64,000 nucleotides of DNA from Lingula anatina (lineage: Eukaryota; Animalia; Brachiopoda). The notes under the pieces were generated by a model, which was not told where the DNA came from, made no database searches, and was given only the letters and a program-made list of their open reading frames with translations. Positions 26,084 through 38,158 of the stretch are shown one piece after another. Each line of letters starts with the position of its first letter. Position 1 is the first letter of the stretch. The position numbers and the translations under genes were made by a program. Location of the stretch: assembly GCA_051362555.1 (NCBI GenBank), contig CM120640.1, positions 8,060,001 to 8,124,000 on the forward strand. Direction: 5' to 3'.

Positions 26084-28149
26084 TTATGCCAACGTGGATT
26101 TTTAATCTAGGTGTCTTATCTGACATTTAAGTGTAAAAACGCAAATAGTTTCACGCTTCCATGATATCATGTTCATGAATACTCTTTAGTGGAAAGCTGA
26201 CTACCTGCAAATGGGACATTATATTGCCAAACGACCTCATATTTAATATTATACTTTTTATCCTTTATTTTTGTACTATTTTGCATTTATAACATAATTG
26301 GATATTTTCTGATATAGAATATCTTTACGATTATTTTATTTGTCATACAAATATATTTTGCAAGCAATAAAATGTGGATGAATATACACATTATCATCGA
26401 TGTTTACTCGTATCCCGTAAATTAAACTTAAATACTTTTGAAGCCAATTTCACGTTATCATGATAATTATTAAATGGCAATTTGAACCTCGGGCATTCAA
26501 TCTACGAAGTAGTGACGGATATGATGATGATGATAATAATGATGATGATATAAAAAGACAACAATTTTTTAAAAAATGTGATTAAGCTCTGGCCATTTAT
26601 AAACTTTTTTATTCTAATATTGAATCGGAATATAAAATGTGACATGCTTCCTGTAAAAACATGACAAACTTCTGACGAATTTCTGGACATCTTCCTAAAG
26701 TTGCTGGACATTTCTCCACCAGATGCCATTTCATTTACCATCAGTTGTATATCATGCCTTGTATAAGTACGAGTATGTATGGGTGCACAGTATAAACAAT
26801 TTTTCTGTATGCTATTTGACAGAATTTTGCTGAAGGCCAGCAAATATATCCACCATGCATGTACAAAGAAATGGTACGTCTTCGGCATGTTTCGAAGGGA
26901 AAATAGTCACTTTCACTATGAACCTAAATCGCTGTTGTCCTAACAACGCATACAGATAAGAGACCATTATGTAGTATTAAATCAGAGACCACCGCCAAAG
27001 TGATCAAATGAAATTGTCTTAGATGGGGGATATCTGGAACGGTGGCGACATCTGTATAATCAGGTAAACAAACATTATGTGATTCCAAATTGATTTTCAT
27101 ATCTGTTGGTCTGACGGCAATACCTACACCCAGGACAAGACTGTAGGTGCGTTTAAACATTAAGCTGCAACACTTCCTCTCGGGAAGACCCATCTAAGAA
27201 ATCTGTCTGATTTAGGTGCATGCGCCATGAAAGTTGAATTGGCAAATATCATCATGAACAACTGCAATAGCCAGAAACCAAAGCTGCATCTATTCAGGCA
27301 GTTAAAATGTCTACGGTAGTGAACACATTAAATGATTAATTAAATTAAGAAATAGTTATGACAATTGTCCTCTATCACATGGGACAATTTGACAACTAAA
27401 TACAACATAGAAAATGGCAGCGTAAACAAAGCTAAAATGCAGTCAGGGCTCTTTAGAGCACAGCTAGCACAATCCAATACGGTGCAATCGGCGCAGTGTA
27501 AACTAATCACATAGGCTAACAATTAAGCAGTGTAAAAAAAAGGCACCTTAGCACCAGTATGATTGAAATATGAAGGATGCAGTCTTTATTTATGTAAAGA
27601 ACCATCAAATATGTACTTGTGATTCTAACTGGATTTTAGAATTACTCTTACGTTGTTGCTTTCAAATAACGTGTCTGCTGCAAATCCGTGAATACGAACA
27701 ACTGCATCACGTATTTCAGGAGTTCCTTCCAAATTTTTAGGGGCGTTGGACATTGCTCATTGACTTCTTTATGTTTTAATTTTATAATATAACCACGAGG
27801 CTACCGACATTGTCACATATACTGAATGTTTGGTTGAATTTGCCTATCCAGATAGCTTTTCAAGTTATTCTATCATAGACAAGGTAGCAACTGGCATTTG
27901 GCCTATATTCCATGGAGACATCATAAATCACGTCTTATAAGTAAGTCACTGCAATTTACTAGTCTAATCATTTCACTCCAACTGATTGCTGACTTATTTT
28001 ATGTCGCATTTATCAGGGCAATAGGCAATTTGCTGACATTCTTTACGCAAACAGGTATTAACTATCTACAGCAGTTATTGTCTGTATGTGCTGCATGTCC
28101 ACTCGAAGACCTGTAGCCTATTGTAAGGGTCCTCCCTTACTTGTGAGAG

Positions 28150-28540
28150 ACCTATTTTATGACCACCCCGACCCCACACTACATAAAACAACCCTTTATA
28201 ATAAAACCCCAGGAGTTGGGTACATGAAAAATGGACTCCCATCTTCGGATAACGCGGTCTGTTAAACTGCTACGGAAATTCCCAGGTACTTTTTATCCTA
28301 AACTCTGCACACGGAAAAGACTCCATGGTGTAACTTCAACAGAATATATATTTTACTAAGCTAAAAGCGTGGTCAAATCCAAGCTTCACGCCATACCTCT
28401 CTCCTCCTAATCTCTCCCTCAAGATTTAAGCTCACAGATTTGCTCAACTTTATCAATTAAATTGTCAATCACATAACTTATAAACTGATTGGTTACTTCA
28501 GACTAAAGTCCACCTCCTCAAGTGAGCACGACTCAGTAAC
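28150..28540 (-). mobile_element. Degraded L1/Tx1-like reverse transcriptase fragment
   Basis: The minus strand gives, across stops and frameshifts, SLK*PISL*, then GMA*SLD and a R.G.P-like segment. This is the order of the RPISL, LSLD.KAFD and QGxPLS motifs. Confidence 0.35.
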
Positions 28541-29678
28541 TCCATGTAATCAAGATCTAACAGATTACTAGCTTGAAACGAAGGACATTAAAATTTGAAC
28601 TGTTAGGTGTAAAATATTATCTTATGCCACTTATACATCTTAGCTTCCCATGTGTAAATTTTATCAGATAAAAAAAACTTCCACTGGTTGAATTAATAAA
28701 TGTATGAAACATAAAAATATAAAGTGCAATGTTTTCAATACTGTGGTCCCTGACACTTTATTAAAAGTGCTGGTTAGAAATATGTGCTTGCAAGCGTTGT
28801 AAACATGTTAAACTGACGGAATGTATGATACCTGTATGCGTGGCCTTTATGGTTTTATATGGTTCAAAAATCAGATTATTTACATATATAATAAACACTC
28901 CATTGGCTTGGACAAGGTCTAAATTAATTAGATTAACATTTAACTTAATCCAACGTTAAAACCGACCAAAACGTTTTTGTTTTGGAGGATTCTGTCAAAT
29001 TCCCTCAGTGGCAGCCGGCGATTTGTTTGCACTGCATAGGGATACGGTGTGCATTATGCGTTAACTTTTGACCCCTGACATCATCTAGGTTCGTCGATTT
29101 CCAGTTAATCAATATGACCTATAAAGATATCTTATATCATCAAGGGCTTTGACCTAGCAGTGGAGAGGGTCCTTAGCTATTAAGATGAAACGCGATTGTG
29201 ATTTCTGAGAAAAAGGCTCTTTCTTTTTCCAGTAAAACAAACGTAAGATAAGACCCTTTGGTATTCAACACTGATTTAATTCATCAATAAACACTTAAAG
29301 AGATTAAAACTGCAAAATAGTAAGAAATATATGATTATGAATCATTTAAACAGTAGTTGTTTGTCTTAATATAACACAAAAAAATCACAAAACAGCTGAC
29401 ATCCCGTAAATCTCCACCTCTTTCTGACAAATATAAAAAAGTTATAAAAATAAAGTTTTAAATAATAAACAAATTAACCTAATCAGTTAATCAAAAATTC
29501 AAGTTAAAAGATATAAAAAATAATAGCATCTATAAAAGTAAAATAGTTGTTTATATCTATAAGCCATTTGTTTGTGTATAACATCTTCTGATTGATAAAT
29601 AAACATGAGATATGCAGTAAACTGCAAAATGCATACGTGGTGCTAAAATAAAGACTCAGTCTTTCAAAGTTTCTACAG

Positions 29679-31896
29679 TCAGATTTGAGCCATATCTGAG
29701 TTATTGACAGAAAAAACATGGAAAAATGCCAACATGCAGTCTTTAAATTCTTCCGTAATTTCTTGAAGATTATAGAGGGCCAGTTGAGTATAGACTGAAG
29801 TGACAAAGTCTGATAGCTTTTGTGGTCTGACAAACTTCACCTGAAGTGCGAGGGAGTGGTTACCGGCAATTTCTGTGTTAAAATTGGACAGCTGCAAAAT
29901 AAGAGAATATGTTATAATGTATACTAGTTTAGACATTTTGTTTTTACATATACATTAGTAAGTTAATTTGTTAGTGAATTATGCCATTTTTAAGTGATTT
30001 CGAACGACTGCTTTTCTTAAAGATCTAATTTTCACGATTTCTATGTATCATACAGTATCTACGTGTATTATTGCTCAATTTAAAACACCAAGTGACAGTA
30101 GTAGTATACAGCGCTTTTATGACACTGATGTATACATATATAAACTTTACGTTATTATGCTCGGAATATTATTGGTTTGTTTTCATCATTTTTTATCAAA
30201 GCTATTCGTTCTAACAGCCTCCTTTAAATAAATATATCCCTCTTTATCATTCTACTCACCGTTCTTCGAAGAAAAAACATAGTATCGTTCACACTTTTCA
30301 TGACGTCACCAAGACTGGTGCAGTAAAAGCTGTTGTCGTCATTGATTGTGCCACACTGGTAGTTGTCGGTGGGACAGCCAGATTTGGAGTTACACAGTCG
30401 ACGATACTCCAGCATAGACACATTGCCGAGAACTAACTTATAAGCGGTAAGATCATGGTGAAAACTGTTCAAAGCCACCTAAAACAAAAAAGCCATTTTA
30501 TAGTTATTGTAAGTTCAAAACTTAAAGTATAAAAAGTTTATAGATCAACTATCTTCAGCCTCTTGAGCGTAATCAATTTTCCAAGTAAAGATCTGAGAAT
30601 TACTTCAAGTACTAAAACGTTACATAATAACAGCTACCATTGCATATTTAGACATTTTCAAATAAAATTTAATTTAGGCATTTATTTGAATAAGGTACAT
30701 ATTGCAAAATATAAAAGTAAAAACAGGAAGTCCTAAAAACTTACCGCAAGAGCTTCCACTTCTTCCAAGTATTTTGTCTTTGTTTGAATGAAGAGTTTGG
30801 CACACGTGTTTCTAGGAAAGTACCAGCCTCCTAATTTGCCAGGATCCGCAGTTTTGGGGTCGATATTTGTATAAGGTGCAACTCGTGGCTGGTTCACCTG
30901 CATAAAATGATACTGTTGTCTCAATTTGTCGAATTCAAATCAAAATATTTAAGCACAGATCTTTTTATATTCTAATGTGGATAATTTGTTTTCTGAAAAT
31001 GACATTACATCAAGACTGAAATATATGAGAAATATGCGGTGAATTTTACTGTCTTGAAAAAATAGAAGGGAGACGAGTGATAGAATCAGTAAGTACATGC
31101 AGGCCCGTAGCCAGGGGGGTGCGGGGGGATTCGAAAGAACCACCCTTTTTGCTGGGAAAAGGTCCACTTTGGGTAAAAATTGATCTATGTACCTGAGAAT
31201 TTTATGGTAAAAGGTCCACTTTTTCAGCAAACGAACCCCCCCCCCCCCCCCCCCATGAATTTGCTGGCTACGGGCCTGACATGTAAGTGTCAGTTTAAGT
31301 TAACCAAGACTTACAGTCAGACAATATATTGTATATACATTAACCATTACTTTTCTACCCTGTAGTTAATATTTCACAGTATTAAGAATCCATGTTCACT
31401 CACGTAAGTTTGGTAACTGCTCTGTGTCACAGTGTACAAATTTATCTGGGACCTGATCAGCCGGGTGAGATTCCCTTTAAGAAACTCCATTAAAGTCGGG
31501 TTCATGTAGTTGACGGGTCTTTGGCAGGAAAAATCAAGGCTAGTTACCAATGGACCATTGGTCCGGGCAGGATAATGCCAGTTTAGGTTTGACATATGGT
31601 CAGCAGTCGGTAGGGGGTGGATTGTTGTGCTTGATTCAACAATCGCCAAAGCAAATAAAAAGGCAGCAGTTCCTAGGAAGACAATCAGACAAGATATCAA
31701 AGTTTTGATCAATTAAAACTTTTGTCTGTTGGTCTTAATGCCACAGACTCACTTTAAATTTAAGATGCAAAAAATGCAATATTAGCGAATCCAGTTATGG
31801 ATCCCGGCATTTATCAAAAACCAATTCATCATTCAATTTCTTCAATAAGATCGGAAGAAAAGTTCACTCACCTGTTAGGCTGAGTTTGAAATCCAT
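29679..31896 (-). CDS. Gene D1: secreted helical cytokine-like protein, 292 aa (tandem copy 1)
   Basis: Exons 31896-31872, 31672-31404, 30897-30745, 30478-30260 and 29891-29679; phases 1,0,0,0; open frame. Signal MDFKLSLTGTAAFLFALAIVES. Helices: LMEFLKGNLTRLIRSQINLYTVTQSSYQTY, VALNSFHHDLTAYKLVLGNVSMLE, LGDVMKSVNDTMFFLRRTL and VYTQLALYNLQEITEEFKDCMLAFF. Confidence 0.85.
31100..31278. mobile_element. 179-bp MITE with 5-bp target-site duplication in D1 intron 2
   Basis: Terminal inverted repeats CAGGCCCGTAGCCAG / CTGGCTACGGGCCTG, flanked by ACATG on both sides. The empty site TACATGTAAG is present in D2 (about 36376) and D3. Confidence 0.9.
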
Positions 31897-31971
31897 TTTC
31901 TTTGCAATGCACTGTCGTATTGTAGGTGATTTAAACTTGCATCAAATTAACGATCAGATTTTCTTCGTACG

Positions 31972-32110
31972 CTTTTATACAATTGTTACCCATCTTAAGA
32001 CGCTATTTTGATCTCAACAAAAATATTAGAATATTTTGGGTATCCACTTACCATCTTATTTAGATACCTCCGAAACAATAAGATTGGAAATTTCAAAGCT
32101 GACGTATTGT
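31972..32110 (-). promoter_or_regulatory. D1 promoter: TATAAAAG, degenerate kB site and CRE-like TGACGTA
   Basis: CTTTTATA at about 31972-31979; TGGAAATTTC at 32085-32094; TGACGTA at about 32100. Positionally conserved in D2-D5. Confidence 0.55.
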
Positions 32111-33295
32111 AATAAGTTTATAAGTCACGGTTTAAAGATGGTTATGTATTATGTATCGTAAAGGGACAGGCTAAGAAATCATTGATATCAGTATTCATAC
32201 CTACTTCCGCCACTTCAGTTGAACAAATACCGCAAGTAAAATTTCTTTGTTTTCCTCCTTGAGCTCTTTTTAAAATTGCAGTAAATAGGCAAAATAATTT
32301 CGACATCTGGTTTTATTTATTCGTTTTTCATTTTTCAAAATTTTTATATCTTAAGAAAATTGAAATACGTCATTGTTTCATTTCGGTTTGATATGCAGTT
32401 TTGATGGATGTGAATTTAGGTTTAAAAATGATAAAAACCAAATTATTTGTCATATTTTTCATACTTTTTCTCGTGTACATAAAAAACAAGCAGAATCTGT
32501 AGTTAAATACTTAACTCACAACGTACATTTAAAAGAATACCATAACTTTGGCGGATCTTCTACTTAGCTAAGACAAGGGGAACAAGATAAAAATCCGAGC
32601 GAAGCGGGCGAAGTTTTTTTCTATTATATTTAGGAAATATGGATGGAAATAATTGGTTCGTTTTATCCTGTTTCATTTCGGAATTTTGTTTTAAGGGAGG
32701 GAGAAGGAGACGCATGTAATGCTTGCTGCCCACCCCCTCCTCCCGCCGATGAGCCAGTGGATAACTTAACTACATTGTAAAGTTCATTCCGTACAACAAT
32801 TAATGGAATACAGACGCAGATAGGATAACTGTCACAGGTGGCAGTAATTTCTGTCAGTTGACAGATTAAATGAACAAGTTTGTAGAATTTTAGTCATTTT
32901 TTTACGAAAATGAGACTTCCATCTATAGTTCAAGACAGAAAACGTGATTGAGATTCAAATTTGGCCTGTCATTATTTTTTTATTCTACATTACTTAAAAA
33001 ACACGACGAATTGATGGAAAATGCTACTCAAGGATTACTCGCCAAGCGAATTTTAATTAAATTTCTTTTTACATTATGTGCAGAGTATACACATAATATA
33101 ACCCTGGAGGATCAAGGAGTTTGCTTGGGCAGGGGTATAAGGATAAAAAAAAATCCGAGTAATGTGAAGCAAATATACAAAAGTGAACGAAAATTTTACT
33201 ATGATATGGAATGGATGGAATGGTATGGAAAATTTGTTGTTTTTTAAATTGTCCCGTATTCTGTGAGAGTGAGAAGTGTGATACCTTCGAAACTT

Positions 33296-33750
33296 CATTC
33301 CCAGTGTAACTCCAAATCATTCCCAGAGATTTAGGTACCATTCTCATAGCTTAGATCGACCTACATTGGATCGACCTAACTCCCTGGGGGTTCACGCTAA
33401 ATAGCTGTCAGCCGGGCGGACACGAAAGTTAATTACCCCTTAAAGCTTGTAGTAGGCGGGGACGGACACTTACGGGGGATTATCTGACAGTAATCTAGTG
33501 AGACTCCCCGCGGTGATAGATCGATCTAAAAGTTGTGAGAACAGAGCCTTAGATCGATCTATCTGGATCGACCTAACTCCCTGGGAGTTCCCACTAAATT
33601 GCGGTTAGCCGAGCGCGCACGATAGTTATTTACCCCCATACAGTTTTTAGTAGGCTGGACAGACATTTAAGCCTGTTAAGCTGACACCAATCTAGTGAGA
33701 CTCCCCACGGGGATAGATCGATCTAAAATCTATAGGAATGGGGTCTTAGA
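33296..33750. mobile_element. Insertion made of two tandem units of about 200 bp with imperfect terminal inverted repeats (PIF/Harbinger-like MITE)
   Basis: Absent from the paralogous spacers (about 39130 and 43808). The unit TTAGATCGA..GGATCGACCTAACTCCCTGGG..TAGTGAGACTCCCC..GATAGATCGATCTAAAA occurs twice. Ends are TTAGGTACCATTCTCATAG and CTATAGGAATGGGGTCTTA. Confidence 0.65.
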
Positions 33751-35020
33751 AGGAAGTAGTTGCGTGCTCCCCCCTCCCCTCAGATAGGTATTTCAATATC
33801 TTTACTTCAGTGAAATATAACAGGCAGGAGTAGCAGTAAATTAAGAGATGAAAAGACCATGTGTCAATAATGTACATAATGCAACAAAAGGGCGAGCACT
33901 ATGTTCAATTGATTGAATAACACTGGCGTACGCAGGATTTTGTTAAATGATGGAAGGACAAAGGGATAAGGAAAAATTTCATTGCACTGGGTAAATATGA
34001 AACATTACATGAGAATAATTTTGTAATATGCTATGTCAGGCACAATCATGAAAGACAGTCTCTTATGTCGTTTTTGTTAGTTATGATGTTGTGTTTTTTT
34101 TTTTTTTTTTTTGGGGGGGGGGGGGTGGGGGGGAGTGGAAACGGGATAAAAGCGGATGCCTAAGAAGCTGGGGGGGGTGCCGGGAGAGCAGGTACCCGAT
34201 GTGCCTTCCCCTGTATCCAGCATTGTTTTTACAGTTAACTACACTAATAGGTGCAAAATTGGGAGATAGGGGTAATGTGCAGCTCCTAAATACGAACTGG
34301 TCTTTGGGATATAGTGCAAGACAAAACGTGACTGAGAATGAAATTTGGCCTGTCATAGACCTTTCTTTATTTGTTATTCTTAATGCATCATTTGCTTAAA
34401 TAAAATGCTCCAATTTAACAAATATACGTCACTCTTCAAAATTTCAATTTCAAAGTGCTTGTTCACAAGAAGAAATACCTTAGGACTATAATCTCCTGAA
34501 TTTTATATTTCAGTAGACAGCTGATTTAAAAACTTGTTTTCAACTTAAACAACAGCGTTAAACAGACAAAGAACGCACAATAGTGTAATTGTTAGTAATA
34601 TGTGCATAAAAATTTTAAGAAACATCGAATTTCCCTTTTCTGATAGAATAAACTTCAAAAATCTAGTTGGTGGTACATTTGTACTATACATGTATCTTAT
34701 ACTATATATGGTCCACAAAAAAGCCTAAAGTATTAAGACTGATAATCTTCACCTTTTCTTGACAAATACGTAAAAGTTATAAAAACTTATATAAAATAAA
34801 CAAAGTTAGTGTATAAAAGTATAAAAAGTAAGTATAAAAAGTCTTAAACGCAAAATTCAAACTATAAAATAATCAAAAATAAAAGAATTTTGATATTTTT
34901 AGAGTAAACCATCCGTTTCTTTATGTCATCGAATTTATAAATAAAGATCAGTAACGAGCTGCAAAATGCCTAGTGCTACCAAAGTCAAAATACGTCTTTG
35001 AAATTTCGACTCGCTTGTGA

Positions 35021-37707
35021 TTAGAAAAGAAAAATGTCTGAGTTGTTGACCGAAAAAATATGGAAAAATGCCAACATGCAGTCTTTAAATTCTTCCGTAA
35101 TTTCTTGAAGGTTATACAGGGCCAGTTGAGTATAGACTGAAGTGACAAAGTCTGATAGCCTCTGTGGTCTGACAAACTTCACCTGAAGTGCGAGGGAGTG
35201 GTTACCGGCGATTTCTGTGTTAAAGTTGGACAGCTGCAAAATAAGAGAAAAGATTTATAACGTGTATCAGTTAAGGGTTTTTGTTTTACACTCTTTTACA
35301 TTAGTTGGTGAATAAAACCTTAGTTGCGTGATACTTGACGACTCTTTTTCATACAATTCTCATCATTTTCATGTATCATTTCAATATTTAACTATTCAAA
35401 TTAATGCGTAGCAGAACACAGTGCACTTGTTTCTTTCATACTGACATATAAAACTACGTTATCTATTTGCTTACATTTTATCCTTATTTCAATTTATATT
35501 AAAACTTAAAATATTTTTTCTTTTTGTCATTCTACTCACCGTTCTTCGAAGAAAATACGTAGTATCGTTCACACTTTTCATGACGTCACCAAGACTGGTG
35601 CAGTAAAAGCTGTTGTCGTCATTGATTGTGCCACACTGGTAGTTGTCGGTGGGACAGCCAGATTTGGAGTTACACAGTCGACGATACTCCAGCATAGACA
35701 CATTCCCGAGAATTAACTTGTAAGCGGTAAGATCATGGTGAAAACTGTTCAAAGCCACCTAAAACAAAAAAGCCATTTTATAGATATTGTAAGTTCAAAA
35801 ATTAAAGCATAAAATGTATAAAGACTTAGGCCTACTATCTTCTGAGCGTTATCAATTTTCCAAGTAAAGATCTGAGAGTAACATCAGGTACTAAAACGTT
35901 ACATAATAACAGCTACCATTGCATATTTAGACATTTTCAAATAAAATTTAATTTAGATATATATTTGAATAAGGTAAAATTTGCAAAATATTAAAGTAAA
36001 AACAGGTAGTCCTAAAAACTTACTGCAAGAGCTTCTACTTCTCCTTCCAAGTATTTTGTCTTTGTTTGAATGTAGAGCTTGGCACACGTGTTTCTAGGAA
36101 AGTACCAGCCTCCTACTTTGCCAGGATCCGCAGTTTTGGGGTCGATATTTGTATAAGGTGCAACTCGTGGCTGGTTCACCTGCATAAAATGATACTGTTG
36201 TCTCGATTTGTCGAATTCAAATCAAAATATCTAGGCACAGATCTGTCCATATTCTAATGTGGATAATTTGCTTTCTGAGAACGACATTACATCAAGACTG
36301 ATATACATGAGACATATTCGGTGAATTTTACTGTTTTGTAAAAATACAAGGGAGACGAGTGATAGAATCAGTAAGTACATGTAAGTGTCAGTTTAAGTTA
36401 ACCAAGACTTACAGTCAGACAATATATTGTTTATGCATAAAGCATTACTTTTCTACCCAGTACTTTACTTCGCAGTATTAAGAACCCATGTTCACTCACA
36501 TAAGTTTGGTAACTGCTCTGTGTCACAGTGTACAAATTTATCTGGGACCTGATCAGCCGGGTGAGATTCCCTTTAAGAAACTCCATTAACGTCGGGTTCA
36601 TGTAGTTGACGGGTCTTTGGCAGGAAAAATCAAGGCTAGTTACCAATGGACCATTGGTCCGGGCAGGAAAATGCCAGTTTAGGTTTGACATATGGTCAGC
36701 AGTCGGTAGGGGGTGGATTGTTGTGCTTGATTCAACAATCGCCAAAGCAAATAAAAAGGCAGCAGTTCCTAGGAAGACAATCAGAAAAGATATCAAAGTT
36801 TTGAGATTAAAATTTGTCAATTAAAACTTTTGTCTGTTGGTCTTAATGCCACACCCTGAGCTTCAGAGATAACTTGACACTAACCTCTTCACAATAGCCT
36901 ATCTTCATCGTGTCAAGTTACCTCTGACCACATTCGATTGCCCCCGCCGCCCGCCAATCAAATTTCAGTTACCTCTGACGAAAATAGTTTGACCTAGTTT
37001 ATATAAGCCAATCGAATCCATGTTTAAAAAATTTTTCACCAAAGTTTGGTGAAAACGCTGATTGGTTGAAAGTCCAGAATTATGTCCAATGAGGAAATTG
37101 TATTTCGTTGCGTCCGCATAACCGTCAATCGGCACTCCTCGGCTGATTCCGCAAGCTCCATACTAACAACAAAGTTATTGTCGAGTGCGGAGACATCCGA
37201 GTAGTGCCGAGTGCATAACCGCACACAAAGAAAGCATGGCGTCTCCTACGAGTGACTACGTAAAAGAATGTGTTAAGTTATCTCTTGATTCTTTGCGAAA
37301 TATGAGTATATCGGAATTGAAACCAGAGCAGTTTGAGGCCCTGCATCATTATCTACTGAGGGATGATGTATTTTGCGTGCTGCCCACAGGTTACGGCAAG
37401 TCCCTGATATTCAGCCTTATCTTTGATTGGTCCGGATTTGAACAAAGCGCGCTTTGACTCGTTCTCGTTCATTGGCTAGATCGTTCAATGAGTCACTGAA
37501 GGCGGGCTTTAAATTTGATTGGCGGGCGGTGCGGGCAATCGAATGTGGTCAGAGGTAACTTGACACGATGAAGATAGGCTATAGTGAAGAGGTTAGTGTC
37601 AAGTTATCTCTGAAGCTCAGGGTGTCAAAAACCAATTCATCATTCAATTTCTTCAATTAGATAGGAAGAAAAGTTCACTCACCTGTTAGGCTGAGTTTGA
37701 AATCCAT
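35021..37707 (-). CDS. Gene D2: secreted helical cytokine-like protein, 293 aa (tandem copy 2)
   Basis: Exons 37707-37683, 36768-36500, 36179-36024, 35758-35540 and 35233-35021; frame and splice sites intact. Confidence 0.85.
36851..37625. mobile_element. Non-autonomous DNA transposon with about 115-bp terminal inverted repeats carrying a RecQ-type helicase N-terminal fragment (AcademH-like)
   Basis: ACACCCTGAGCTTCAGAGATAACTTGACAC.. (36851-36965) is the reverse complement of 37511-37625. An internal + ORF (37236-37457) reads ELKPEQFEAL..DVFCVLPTGYGKSLIF, the RecQ Q-motif plus Walker A. Absent from intron 1 of D1, D3 and D4. Confidence 0.85.
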
Positions 37708-38123
37708 TTTCTTTGCAATGCACTGTCGTATTGTAGGTGATTTAAACTTGTATCAAATTAACGATCAGATTTTCTTCGTACGCTTTTATACAATTGTTAC
37801 CCATCTTAAGACGCTATTTTGATCTCAACAAAAATATTAGAATATTTTGGGTATCCACTTACCATCTTATTTAGATACCTCCGAAACAATAAGATTGGAA
37901 ATTTCAAAGCTGACGTATTATAATAAGTTTATAAGTCATGGTTTAAAGATGGTAATGTATTATGTATTGTAAATGGACAGGCTAAGAAATCATTGATATC
38001 AGTATTCATACCTACTTCCGCCACTTTAGCTGAACAAATACCGCAAGTAAAATTTCTTTGTTTTCCTCCTTGAGCTCTTTTTAAAATTGCAGTAAATAGG
38101 CAAAATAGTTTCGACTTATGGTT

Positions 38124-38158
<35 letters not shown>

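Noticed and set aside
29504-29833. Alternative-frame ORFs overlapping D exon 5 (also 34948 and 40300)
   Set aside because: Shadow frames repeated only because of the duplication; not in phase with exon 4.
31673-31712. TTG-initiated N-termini of the D exon-2 ORFs (MIKTLISCLIVF...)
   Set aside because: Intronic. The real start is the upstream 25-nt ATG exon spliced at TTCCTAG|GA, conserved in all copies.
37185-37457. RecQ helicase as a host gene
   Set aside because: Only the first motifs are present, and it is enclosed by terminal inverted repeats within an intron.
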